DNA of 64,000 bases from Paraspadella gotoi (lineage: Eukaryota; Animalia; Chaetognatha), in the NCBI GenBank assembly GCA_051294375.1, contig CM119267.1:16966606-17030605 (forward strand), written 5' to 3'. A program made the position numbers and the translations under genes. The notes under the pieces were generated by a model. It searched no databases. It was not told the DNA's origin and worked only from the letters and a program-made list of their open reading frames with translations. Position 1 is the first letter of the stretch; each line of letters starts with the position of its first letter. Below, piece after piece: positions 31,773 to 50,851 of the stretch.

Positions 31773-33012
31773 TCACAGTTCGCTTTTTTTCTTTTTGAGT
31801 TTTTTCTTTTCAGATTGCTCTTCGACCGGTTGTTTGTTGGGATCCCAATCAGGATGTTCATCAAGACAGCCAGTATCGGACCCTAAAGAAAAAGCGGAAA
31901 AGCGATAAATCCAAATGGGTCACATATTATAGTCGTTGTACCTTTGAGCAATCCCCCACGACATAAGTGGTCGAGCAAATCGGGTTTCTCATCATCGTCG
32001 CCCATGTACCAGTCTTCTATAAGGTCCTCCGCCTCCTCCAGGAGCTACATTGAAAACGCAAAATAAACAAAATAAACAAAATTTATTAAGCAAAGGCATT
32101 TTTCAAGTTGGCGCTTTATGATTTACTGTACAGCTTCAGAGACGGGATTTGACGTCGGAGTAAGGAATCAACTCACCTTGTCGCACTGGCGCTTCAACTT
32201 AGCGGTTTCAGCGGACGTAGCATTCCACAAATCTTCAGGGATGCCGAGTTCCACCTTCACGCCCTTCAGGCGAAGGCCGTTCAGCGTTCTCATCGTTTCA
32301 CTCATGTGCTGGGTTAGCAAAAAGAAATTTCCCAAACATTTAATTTGAAAGTTGAATCACCATTTTCGTTCAATTATTGACATGAATCATTAGTTACCTT
32401 TCTGTATCTCATAACTCCCCGACTGTGTTCGGCGTGAATGTTGTACTTTTCTATATCTCCACAGACCTTAAAACAAAGGTAATAAAATAATAATATTAAT
32501 AAAGGTGAACGAAGAGAATGAGCACCGACAAATTTATTTACCTTCTCCATGACTTCAATAAGGCGTATTTCCGTTTTGCGGTAATCTAACGTCTTCACAG
32601 TTCGTCTGTTTTCGCCGTCTAAAACGTGGCCAAGCCGAATAGTTTCCTGTAATGAGAAAGGTAAGGAAAATACAGAGGTTAAATCATTTTTAATTTAATA
32701 AATGTTCATAATTTACGATAAATCATCAGTGGTTTTATTACTTTTTTATTGGTCTTGATGAGTTGTTCGTTGAGTTCGAAAGCCAGAATCCGGCAGACTT
32801 CGCACCGAGAAGGTTCTCTCACGCCATGTTTGTCCGACTCGTCGTCATTGTCCCCTTTTAAATAAAAAAAAAATTGAAGGGATTCGGCAACTTCGGTTTA
32901 CTTCATTTTGCCGAATTTTTCACAAAAGCGGCATACCCTTATCTTTCGAGCCCGTCCCGGTCCGAGCCAATAAAATCGTCGCGAAGCAAACGCTTATCAG
33001 AAAAAGTTTCAT
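31773..33012 (-). CDS. CNPY3: Canopy family (CNPY3/4-like) saposin-like ER protein
   Basis: Signal peptide; [72 protein letters not shown]; C-terminal KSEL ER-retention-like signal. Confidence 0.9.
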
Positions 33013-33117
33013 TCTTTTTGTCTCATGATGAGGAAAATAATCAACAAAATTAAACTGAAAAAACAACTGGTTTTTAAAAGAGGAAGAATCGGTGACAACG
33101 ACGAACGATAGGGAGAA

Positions 33118-33673
33118 TCAATTGTTACGACGGAGCTTTTTCTTTTTATCCTTCTTTTTGGCATTGGCTTTTTTGAGTCTTTTCACATTTCTCACGCTCA
33201 TCCAGACGGGATACTGGCCATTTTTGTCCAGCTTGCTGAAGGTCTTCTTGGATTTGTCTTTCGTTGACCCGAGCTTAAATAAAAACCAAAAACAATAAAA
33301 TTTTATGTCGGGGATTAATAAGAGTTTTCGATCTAAACACCTCCATGTTATCGCCTTCTTCCGCTGAAGCGACAGAAGCAATCGATGCAGGGTCGGTAAA
33401 CTGGTAGAGACTCTTGGCGTCGTCCTTCGTTTTTTCCAATCGGGACGCGCATTCTTTGAGCTTAACCAGTTCTTTCTTTGCGTATCTTTCTCTTTTCACG
33501 CCACGCATTTTTCTTGTTTTTTTTTTTGGGGGGGGGGGGAGGGGGGGGGTTGAAAAGCATTAAATAGTTAAAAGGAAAAAAAAAATCAAAGCGGATTTTT
33601 TATTTTATGTAAATTTAATATATGCTCTCCTAAATCCTTACCTTTTCCATTTGCTCCGAATACTTTTCGCCAT
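33118..33673 (-). CDS. LLPH: LLP homolog (LAPS18-like)
   Basis: MAKSIRSKWKRKMRGVKRERYAKKEL and DKNGQYPVWMS motifs; basic tail. Confidence 0.9.
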
Positions 33674-36358
33674 GGTCTACCGGTTAAAAACAAAATGTAA
33701 CTGCAAAAAAAGTTATCAGATAAGCGTGAGGCGGTTCTATGACGACGGCCACAAGATCGTGAGAGATGAAATTGATATTGACGATGAAAATAGTATTATT
33801 CAGTAAGCCGAGTCATTTCGTTGAATTCACCGTGTAAGTTTTAACTTAACATTTCTAGTTGGATTTGTTTAAGCATTTTGCTGCGGCACTACAGATGCAT
33901 AGAGAATAAATCGCATAAATAAAAATGAAAACAAAAGAAAAACGATTCTCAATCGTTAAAAGAAATTAAATAAAATATTGACGGTGCAAGTAATTGTTTC
34001 GGTAAAAATCCTTATAATTTAATTACTTGACAGATTACCAGGATATAAGTCAAAACAATATTAAATTGACTAGTGTCTAAGTGTACCCCGCGGCAGTTTT
34101 ATTAGGATTTGTCTTATCCCAAATCTTCACTTTAAAGTTTATATACCAATTTTTAAATATGTCAATACGGTCCCAAGAGAGCTACCGCCTAGAGAACACA
34201 AATGCATCTATGCAGTATATTCATTCATATCAGATCCACAATGTCTTTTTCTACCTACTATTAAGATCGTTTAGAAACATAATTATATCACAAAGGTAAT
34301 CGCCTAGGAGTATTTTTAAAAGGTCCGTCAAAATATAACCTCATACATTTAAGATAAGATTTCGACGTAATTCAAGTGGAAGAATCAAATATGGCATCTT
34401 TAGATAAGCTTTAAATAAGCTTTTGAAGAAACATTTTTAAAAAAATTGATTCACACTTTGTTCGGTTTGATTAGAAAGTACAGAGAGAGTTAATTAGGAA
34501 AGGGATCTGAAGGGAAAAAGACTCATTTTGGTAAGTGGTCATTGCAACGCATTAATATAACTCAAACGCATGGTCAAAGTCGCAGGGGAATACGGGTTAA
34601 AGGTTCAAACCATGCATCGGAAGTCGGCACTATCAGACCATTAACTCGAGATTTAACTTGTTAGCAGATTGGAAATACATTTTTTAAAATTCCATTAAGT
34701 TTAATAACAGACCTAGTAACTTACAAAAATCCAACAAATCATTCACTAAAATGTCACCAATACAATAAGTACTTTAAAAAATATGTTGAATTAAGCGGTA
34801 GGTTTGGCACGACCTATGAAACGATACAGGAAACCCCGGCATAATAAACAAAATTTGTAAAGATTGTCAACACTTGAGCAGATCCAGCCCAAAAAAATCA
34901 TGAAATAAGCAAACAGCTAAAGTTTATTTCTTTAAAAAAGAAATTTAGTCGGTGGATTAACATAAATTAAATTATTCTAACTACAATTTTGTTCTCGTGA
35001 AATAATTTCCGTCATTTTAAAATAAGTGAAAATGAATTTAGTGCTGAGACCAAGCTTACGGGTTATTTTTCACTCGGCCAGGCATTAAATTATCATTCCT
35101 TAAAATCATCATCACTCATAATAATAAAGAACGGATAACTTTACAAGAACATTCCATTCGTACCTAAAAACTTCTGTGTCTATTTTTTAAATTTATACTA
35201 ATTGCTTGATGCGGAAATCAAAACGAAGGCCAAAAAGGCCATTTGAACTCGCATAGTTGAACCAATCTTACGAGGCCTATAGGACTGAAGGTGAAATTTT
35301 AACATACTGAAAGCAAGTATCGCATAAAAAAAGCATTATCAGCAGCATGAGGTCATCTTCATTAATCATTCGTCTACTTCATGTTGTGGCCCTTAGTATT
35401 GTATCTGACCGGTGGTTCAATAACACTCACTCCAACCAATGGGAATCAATTAGTAATACGTATGAAATTTCAAATTGGAGCAGGATAATTTAGAGAAGAG
35501 CGACCTGTGATTGGCTTAATTTTGAAAAATTAAGAAAAAGCTTTGACTAAAAAATATAATTTATTTCGCTTTATCACTTACATTTAGTTTAAATCCATGA
35601 AATTGAATATCCGTTTAAAATTTGTTATAAATTAAGAGAGTAATGATTCACGCATCCTTTTATCATACTTTCAGACTGTCATGCCTCTTTTGCGGTTGAT
35701 TCACACATACATGTCATGACTGCTAAAATATAATTCAGAGCAAATTGACCAAAGAATAATTATCATATGAATTTAGATTACTTTAAAATGGAAGACAAAA
35801 AGTAATAGAAAGCCATGAAAGACACAAACACCTGAAATAAATTAAGGGTATCACTTGTTCGAGTAATATTTTTTTTTCTCGTGGAAAATCCCGAAAAGCC
35901 AGAATCATCGTAAAACCAGGAGGAAAAAAATTTCAATACGCCATATATGCATGATCTAAAATCTCGAAAAGATGATTTTTTTAAAAACTGAAAATGATAC
36001 CTCAAAGGGCTAAGTTGTATTTTAGGTGGGTTATTATTGCACTCGTTATATTTTTAACGCAAATTTCGTGCTCAGCGATGTCGTCAAGTTCAAAATATTT
36101 CATAGATATTGTAAAAATATTTTTTTAAAATACAATTATTCCTGGCGGTACATATCTGAGTATTCTGCATATTAATTTCAGTGCTATTTCAATCTGCTCT
36201 GAAAATATCACTCATCAGGACAGAAAATAAATAAAACTAGTAACGTAAAACGGAGGAAAATCTTTATGGCTTAAAATACGTACACTATTCTCATCGGGGA
36301 AAACACATCGGGCCATGATAATTAACCAAAGATCCTAACGACCGCTAAAGACTCCCCT

Positions 36359-37801
<1,443 letters not shown>

Positions 37802-38331
37802 TTTTTGGGTTTTTTATTAAGCTACGCTAAATTATGGAAAGCGCGTTTTTTCAGATTGTTTTGGTTTAGTATTACTTTTTGGTTCTTGTCTGGAAGCTTT
37901 CTAATTGAGCAGCTTCGATTTAAGCTTCGGCTTTTGACAACCGAAGCAACGAAGACTTGGATAATTCCTTTTCCCCCCGAGGTCTATGATGAAACAATTT
38001 TTTTTTAAGTTTAAACCTTACGCCATAGCCAAGGTACAATATACAGAAATTAATTAAGCTCTAATGAAATAAAATAATAACATATTTAATAACAAATAAA
38101 TAGCAACTGAGTTCAACAACCAAACATTTTCTCATATTTTTCATCATCACAGCAGTTTCTAATCCAGGCGAATAGTCGTTTGACCGTCATCCCAATCCCA
38201 TCTTTTACAAATGAAGTTTCGAAAGCGTGAGCAAAATTTTTATTTTCGGGGCACTTCATTAAAAGATAATTGCGGACTTTTTTCGAACGTGTTGCGGACA
38301 TTCGCTAGTCTCAACCTTCATTAAAAGATAA

Positions 38332-39210
38332 TTAAGCGGGTAGCAAGCGATCGACAAAATCGCTCAAATCGTTCATCTCTTCTTCGCACGAATGGTGTCC
38401 GACGCCATTGTATGTCTTAAATTCGTGATTAGGATTTAATTCGTTCAAAAATTTGGCAGTAGTACGTCCCATATCGAACGACACAATTTCATCTTGTGTT
38501 CCGTGACAATGGAGGATGGGAGTCTTGAGGTTAGACTTTAAATAATTACTAGCCGAGCCTTTAGGCATAGGAAAGTAGGTTGAAAACGCAGCGACTCCAC
38601 CTATATCGAACCCCATGGTGAATGCGGTAAACAAGGCGAGGGAACCGCCTTGGGAAAAGCCTCCTGAATGAATTAGACGTTGCTAGATTTTTGAACTGAT
38701 CGGAATATATAGGATATATACCTAAAATAATTTTTTCTGCCGAAATTCCGTTTTTCATTTCTTCCTCGATTAAATGAGCGACAGCGCCCGAAGCTTGCAC
38801 GAGTCCTTTCATGTCGATAGAAGTTTTATCTTCTAAACTGTGGATATCGTACCAGGCAGGCATCTTGAAATTTTTAAGCATAGCAGATGTGGCAAACTAA
38901 TATTTTCATATCTACAAAATAATCTCGTACCTTAAAGCCTAAATTTAATGTAACTGATTGAACTGGCGCAGTGGGACATATATACTTTATGTGATTTCTT
39001 TTGATATTTTCCATCAAGGAACACCATCCTTGACCGGTATCTCCAAGGCCATGCAGAAATATTACTGAAAATAAAGAATGTATAGATCTTCAAAATTTAC
39101 GTATGACATCTAGTCGATAATTCTGCACCATTACCTGAAGCAGTGTGGGCACAATTCAAAGAGTTTGGCAATACTGAAAAAGTCTTTCCGAGTTGAAAGG
39201 CGGCTGTCAT
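38332..39210 (-). CDS. LYPLA1: Acyl-protein thioesterase / lysophospholipase 1/2
   Basis: IFLHGLGDTGQGW, YICPTAPVQSVTLN.G..MPAWYDI, GGFSQGG, ILHCHGTQD, Y.GVGHHSC.EEM. Confidence 0.95.
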
Positions 39211-39361
39211 TTTAAGAATCGCGACAAACGATTTATAAATCTAAAATTGTTTTGACAAATGGAAGCTTAAACAAAATTGTTTCTCAACAGAATTTATTTA
39301 ATTACAACGACACCATTATCTTTCCATAATATTAAAGGGAAAAGATAAATCCAAAACGAGT

Positions 39362-39807
39362 TTATTTGGTGGCGACGGCCGTAGAGGTGGTTGCTCCCCT
39401 CTGTCTCGGCTTCGGTTGTGTCCCCTCGCGGAACCCATTACGGAATCGCCGGTTCACGATCTTCAGATGGCGGAGGCGCCCAGTTCCAGTCGTGCGACGA
39501 CGAATCGATTTTTCCGACCACTGAGAAGAATTTGAAAAGATTAAGATATCATTTTAATCAGCTAAATTTGTCCAAGAAAAGCGTTAAAATTATTATTATT
39601 ATTTTTTTTATTTCTATTTTTAATTAAACAACTCCTTAACTTAAAGCCAATCGGAAGTTTCACCTGGTAGGTTCTCTTTCTCTTAGAGGGATAGCCGCAA
39701 GAGCCACATTCGTGCTTCTGAATGTGATATGCGCTGCGACCACATCGTCGGCACAAAGTGTGCGTTTTGTTGTGCTTTTTTCCGAAACTCGTCGTTCCTT
39801 TCGTCAT
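39362..39807 (-). CDS. RPL37: 60S ribosomal protein L37; 2 exons
   Basis: [36 protein letters not shown]..|[20 protein letters not shown]. Confidence 0.98.
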
Positions 39808-39942
39808 TTTCTATTCTTAGAATTAGTTTAATATTCTAAACAAAATTTTAAAAAATCAGTACAATGGCATTGGCGAATAAAACAAAAATAATTGAAAAAA
39901 CAATTTTCAAAACAATAAAAATATTTTAACTTTCAATCTCTT

Positions 39943-42900
39943 TCACCAAACGAAGGGACACCGTTCTCTCAATACTCGAGATCCCTGCGCCTTCCACTCC
40001 CACCCTTGAATCCATAATTCTGATGACGTTTCTGTGCTAGCGATGATAACTGCGCCTAGAATGAATGCAAGGTGATGGATGATTGTCGAAAAAAAGTATT
40101 GTTGTCCCTTGTCCATCCACAAAACCCAACCTTTCCATGCTGTGAATCTCGGATCAACGTCCTTTGTTGCTGAGGTCGTGACATCAACATTGACGGGTTC
40201 GTGATTCGTCAATCCCAATGTCGCGGGATCGATTTTCGACGTTAGTTTTTGTTTCAGTAGAGAATCCGCACCAGGAAACTTCGCCAAGCCTAAAAAAAAG
40301 AAGTTTTTTTGAGGAAAAAATATAATTGAAATTGTCAAGTGGCATTGCAGTCCACGACTAACCCCCGCCGACGAGAATAACGTTGGCCAACATCTTTCTT
40401 TTCAAATCCTCGGTTTCTCTTCCTTCTCCTAATGAAGAGACGGATCTTAAGATGACGACCTCGATCCCTTGACCTCGCCTCAATTTCCCGGATGTCTTTG
40501 ATTTTTGGGGCTCAACAAGTTTCGTTTCGTAGGTCATTGACCGAGTAGAGCAGGCCTCTGAGTATTAACGGCAAATTAAAATATAAAATCATTTGTTGTC
40601 ACAATTAAATTTTGAAATTTTGAAAATCTCTCGATCAACCTTGAGATTCTGTTCCGTCTTCGTCGAAAAAATCGGCGGTCCCCTTCCCCTCTTCATTGGC
40701 AAAAGAGTCCTCCGCGTATTTTCTTCGATTGTAGCTTGGAGTACTGCAACGAAAAATAGCTACCGTCAATGAATATAACCTTAATCCATAAAAATAAATT
40801 CCTCTTTACCTCTGAACTAGGTAATCGTCGTCAAAAATATCGTCGGGTTGGGAGAGAGGACGTCGGCAGCGATGTAAAGATAACTCAGACACTCCAAAAA
40901 GCTCCGTATTGTAAAAACCTTGAGTCAATTGAATCAGATTAAAAATTAAAACTTAGTACTTCTTATCAAATTATTGAAATATTCGACTGACCAAAAGGAG
41001 CTATGAAGGCCTCGTCCCCAACGTAGAATTCATAGCAGAGACGCTCTTTAACCTCAGGCGCGGATCTTGTTACCTCAAAAGCGATCTTCTGTGGATCCCG
41101 GTTCAAGAGGCTCATGTCACAGTGACATACATCCTCTTTCAACTTTCTGTCAAAAACGGAAAACAATTTGATCTGACGCTGACCCAAATCCTCATAGTAG
41201 TAGTATGTCACTAGAATTTTATTTCTAATTCTTATTTTTTATCTCACTTTAATATAAATAACAATTACATTGAGAAAATGTTTCAGTCGTATGGAATAAC
41301 CGAAAATCAATAGCTTTACCTGACAAGCAAAGCGTCCTTTTTATTAAAAAGATCACAGCTTTGATAAGGAAAATATATTTTCTGGATGAGCCAGTGGAAT
41401 GATCGCGTTATATCGGCGCCGCCAATGTCGATCTACTGATTCCAATTGAAGAAAAACAAACTAGAAATATTTCTATTTAACTCTGAAACAATTTTTTTTA
41501 CAAACCTGAACACTGGATGTTGCGTGCGCGATTCCGTCCTCAACGCAAGAAACGGAGGTTTTCTCGGCACCAACATCGACGACACAACCGGTGACGTTTC
41601 CAGAACCGAATGCCGAACATACGGACTCCATCTGCAGGAAGGCTGCGAGTTCAACGAGGGAAATTCTTCGTACAAGATTTAGTTAAGTTCAGTTAAACTT
41701 AAAACGAAAAATGTAGAATACTGAACTTGCAAAAAAAAAAATCAAATCTGAAGTAAAACTCTAAAATTTTTTTGATCGATTACGTAGGTGACGATATAAA
41801 TAATAATTTTTTTAAACTTTTGTTTCAGAACACCATAGGTACTTACCGGAGGAAAAATTGAGGCGTCGAATGAGTACATCAAACATAGCGGCCACGTGAT
41901 TACGTTCAAACAAATCGGAGATCAAAAGAATTGCTTTATAAAATTTTAGATCCTACAAATAAAACGGAAAACTTCATACATTCAATGAGCGAGTGATAGT
42001 GGTTAATTAATGGCGGTATTACCCGCAAATTAGAGAACATGAATATTAACCGTACATACTTGGAAGGGTATTTTAAGTTTCCCACAAATAGCTTCTCTCC
42101 AAATTATCTCCGTATCTGCAAGTTTAGAAGACAAGGATCCGCCCACTCCTTTATGCACGTTAAAACGTCCGCGACGAAAAGGTTGGCGAATGTCAGGCAA
42201 GAGTGAAGAACTAACAAAAGTATTTAAATAGGTATACCCTATTAGCCAATAGCCATGGTCCAACTAACTACTCTAAACTATTCTAAATTATAATGATAAA
42301 GCATTCACAATCACTGGGAACAAGAACGACAATTCAAATAGGTGGTGCCCATTAACATTTATTGGTTTGTATCTTAATATGATCACGTAACTTTATAAGT
42401 ATCAAATATGCACAAAAGTGTTTAATAGTACAGCGTATTTATCAAAGTATTTATCAAAGTGATTTGGTGTCCCACAACTTCTGTGCATTTAACATAAGAG
42501 AGACATGCTAGTAGACGGATAAATTATCTAACCAAATCGACCAAATTAAACCAAACCAGATCGACTAACCAAAAAGCTATTATATGTAGAGTACTCACGG
42601 AGCAACTAAAAACGATGGTATATATATTATTCTCGTTCTACGTATTAATTTACCTGCAATCCATTAGATTGTCCGTCTCATTCCCGACTAAGAAATCTTT
42701 TGCTGTGAATTCCTGAGATAAATATTTCGCTGATTCTGACGTCACTCGAGGGACGAGTTCTTTATTTATTTCCTTCCACTTCCTAGAGGATGATATTGAT
42801 AACTGAGATTCAACCGTTCCGAGGCCAGACTCGGCGACCGTCGTGTCGAAAGTGATATCGTCTGGAATCACGGGGTCAAAATGTCCAAGTCTTTCGTCGC

Positions 42901-43114
42901 AGGAAAACCACTTGGTCGAATCAACGTCGCTTTTGACTAGTTGCTGCCCTTGAGAGACGAGGGAGTTGGCGAGGCATTGGGGTCGAGAATCCGAAGCCAA
43001 ACCGAAATAGAGAAAAGCTGAGCCCGGATGGAGGATGATAATTTTAGTCAGATCGACAGCGCCTGGGTAATTTTGCGAGGGGATGCGGCACGGAGCCGGC
43101 TGTGGAGTTATCAT
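39943..43114 (-). CDS. ACTR8: Actin-related protein 8 (INO80 complex)
   Basis: IIILHPGSAFLYFGLASD, PFRRGRFNVHKGVGGSL, ESRTQH, GGADITRSFHWL, KKMLANVILVGGG, DPRFTAWKG, ELWI..EW...GSRVLRERCPFVW*. Confidence 0.9.
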
Positions 43115-44061
43115 GATGGATTTACCGCATTTAAATTGGAACGCCCTTCGTTGCGGAAAAAAAATGAAAATATCAAAGTAATCGAACAGAAAGTGAAGAT
43201 GGGGGGATAAAACAATTTGGCGATTGGGGCCTTCGTGAGAACGACACGGGCAAATTGATCCAGAAATTGATTAAAGTACAAAAAGTTGGGTTCGTGACGT
43301 TTAATGTGTACATATTGCAATTGTAATTAATAAAAAGTTATTAAAATTACTTAAATACATAAAGCCTGCTTAATTTTTAATCTATTCGATTTTATTTTTG
43401 TAAAAATTTCTGTGAATCTATTTTTTAAAGACAAAATGCATCACTATAATCAGTAAAACTGGATAATAAAACTGGAACTACAATAATTTATAGAGTGAAA
43501 ATATTTACCGCATTATTAGCTTTACCGAGTTGACTAAAAATTAAAGGACGGAAGATGTCGATTTAGAAAAAAAAAATCTTGTTAAAATAAATGTCATGGA
43601 AATCGCTAAAAACGAAAAATCGTTGTGCATATACATCTTATTATACATAATTCATTATGTAAGCAAAACTGAAATTAATATTTATACTAATACATCAGTC
43701 TTTTAAACTTATTATATTAATAGGCCTAATTTGGTAAGAATTTTATAATAAATGACAGCGAAATTCTTAAACGATCAAAGACGTTACAGAACAAATCGCG
43801 AGGACATGAGACAAAAACTTATGGCACCCGAGGTTAACACTTTTTGGTTTGCGGAATATATTTTTGTTCCGCACAAGTTTGTAAGCATTAAAGCTATTAA
43901 AATAAAACTTATCAAAACTATCTGTTCAGTTGTAACAAACGACTTTAAAAGGAATGGTGAGAAATTGAGACATTTTTATCGACGACGCAAATTTTTAAAA
44001 AAAGTACATTTTCAATACTTGGATCTCTTTTTTTTATCAACTGCCAAAACGGGGGAGATAT

Positions 44062-49316
<5,255 letters not shown>

Positions 49317-49529
49317 TGCATTAGCTACAAAAGGCCTTTCATTCGGTTTTCATCGCTTCCACTGGGTTGTGAAAGCTTCGGCCATTATCACTGAAAATTT
49401 TATTGAAACGCTTATTTCGGAAAAATGAAACAAAAGTTACAAGGGAAAATTTATACCGTTCGCATTAACTAAAAAAAACAAAAAAATCGGCTACTACGCT
49501 TCATTCAACGAAATGGGAACTCTAGTGTC

Positions 49530-50301
49530 TTAAACTCTTGAAGGATAAAGCATGACTCGAATTCTCTTTCCGATCGCTTTCGACGGCAGATTCTTGGCGA
49601 ACTTGGCTCGCACGGCACCACTGCGTCCGTGAGGGCGGGTGACTTTACCCCAAATGACCTGGAATAGCAAAATGGAAAGTTGAAAATCGTCTGGTGATGT
49701 GTCTGGGAATGACAACTGGCAGATAGTTTGAAAAGCCTACCCGCAACTTGTTGGCTTTGTTATCCGAGCCAGGAATGCGTGTCGGTTTTTTCGCCTTATA
49801 AACATAGGCGCACTTTTTTCCGAGATAAAATTCCGTGTGATAACGACGAGTGACGCCTTCGAGTCTGCCGAGAGAAATGTTTTAATTGAAGTTAAATTAA
49901 CATGTGCTTTTTATCTCTTATTTATTGAAATTATTACCGTCCCCCTTTGTGGTTTGTAAAGCGATATCAGAATTTCAAATTTTTTATGTACGTTTAATTA
50001 TCGACTTAGCTTTTATAGTATTTGTCAAATTTAAATCTTAAATTACTAAAGAATAATAATAATAATAACACAAACAATATACCTGAGAAGCGCAGTGTGT
50101 TCGTGTTGCCGTCGAAGACCTCGCTTATATCCCGTGAAAATAGCCTTGACGTAAAGACGTCCTACAAAACAATTCAAAATGATTTTAAAAAAAATTAGTA
50201 ACACCCCCCCAGTCACGGTCCTGACCTGGAGCCTTCACGGTGCGAGGAGTTTTGGCTGCGCCTTCCTCCATTGGAGTTTCAACTTCGCTGATTTCTGGCA
50301 T
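49530..50301 (-). CDS. RPL35A: 60S ribosomal protein L35a
   Basis: [70 protein letters not shown]. Confidence 0.98.
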
Positions 50302-50851
50302 TGTTTATCGTCTTAATTGAAAAATGAAATACTTATCTAAAGGAAATAATTCAACATAGTAACTTCCAAATATCTCTAAGCCTTTTTCGATAAGCTATTA
50401 TTTTGTTCACACCGCATTCCGAAAGCTTAGAGACTGAATTTATTATAAACCCATCTGGCTACTTTTATAATTTCTAACGTGAACATTAGAGATTTGTCGT
50501 GTAAAAATTATTCATTTAAAAAAAAATAGGAGCACAAAATTATTCTTCTAGGTTATGACAATTACAGCGAAATAAATTGACTAGGTAGAAATCAACCAAG
50601 AAAAGGCACATTTAGATTCTGCCAAGGTTAAGAAACCGAACGTGAAAAGGAATGCACTGCATTTCAATATGGATGACAATTTGTATGGAGAGCTCTATAC
50701 AGGAAGTTCGTTATGACTAGGAATTATAAAAGGTTTTATTAAGTCTAGGTACTGAAAATAAGTTGATGTAAACGATTAAAATTACATCTCTCAACAAAAC
50801 TATTAATATGATATCATATGTTTATTTTTTTCTAAATGGAAAAAAGTAATA

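Noticed and set aside
33700-36300. Hidden gene or lncRNA in the 2.6-kb gap between LLPH and Ena
   Set aside because: AT-rich with no coherent exon chain; more simply the Ena 3' UTR plus the LLPH upstream region
42599-42605. 7-nt microexon (ag|TTGCTCC|gtgagt) in an ACTR8 intron
   Set aside because: Flanking exons already join in frame without it and inclusion would frameshift; no expression evidence (a poison exon cannot be excluded)
50222-50301. Unusual N-terminal extension of RPL35A
   Set aside because: Such extensions are common in invertebrate L35a proteins
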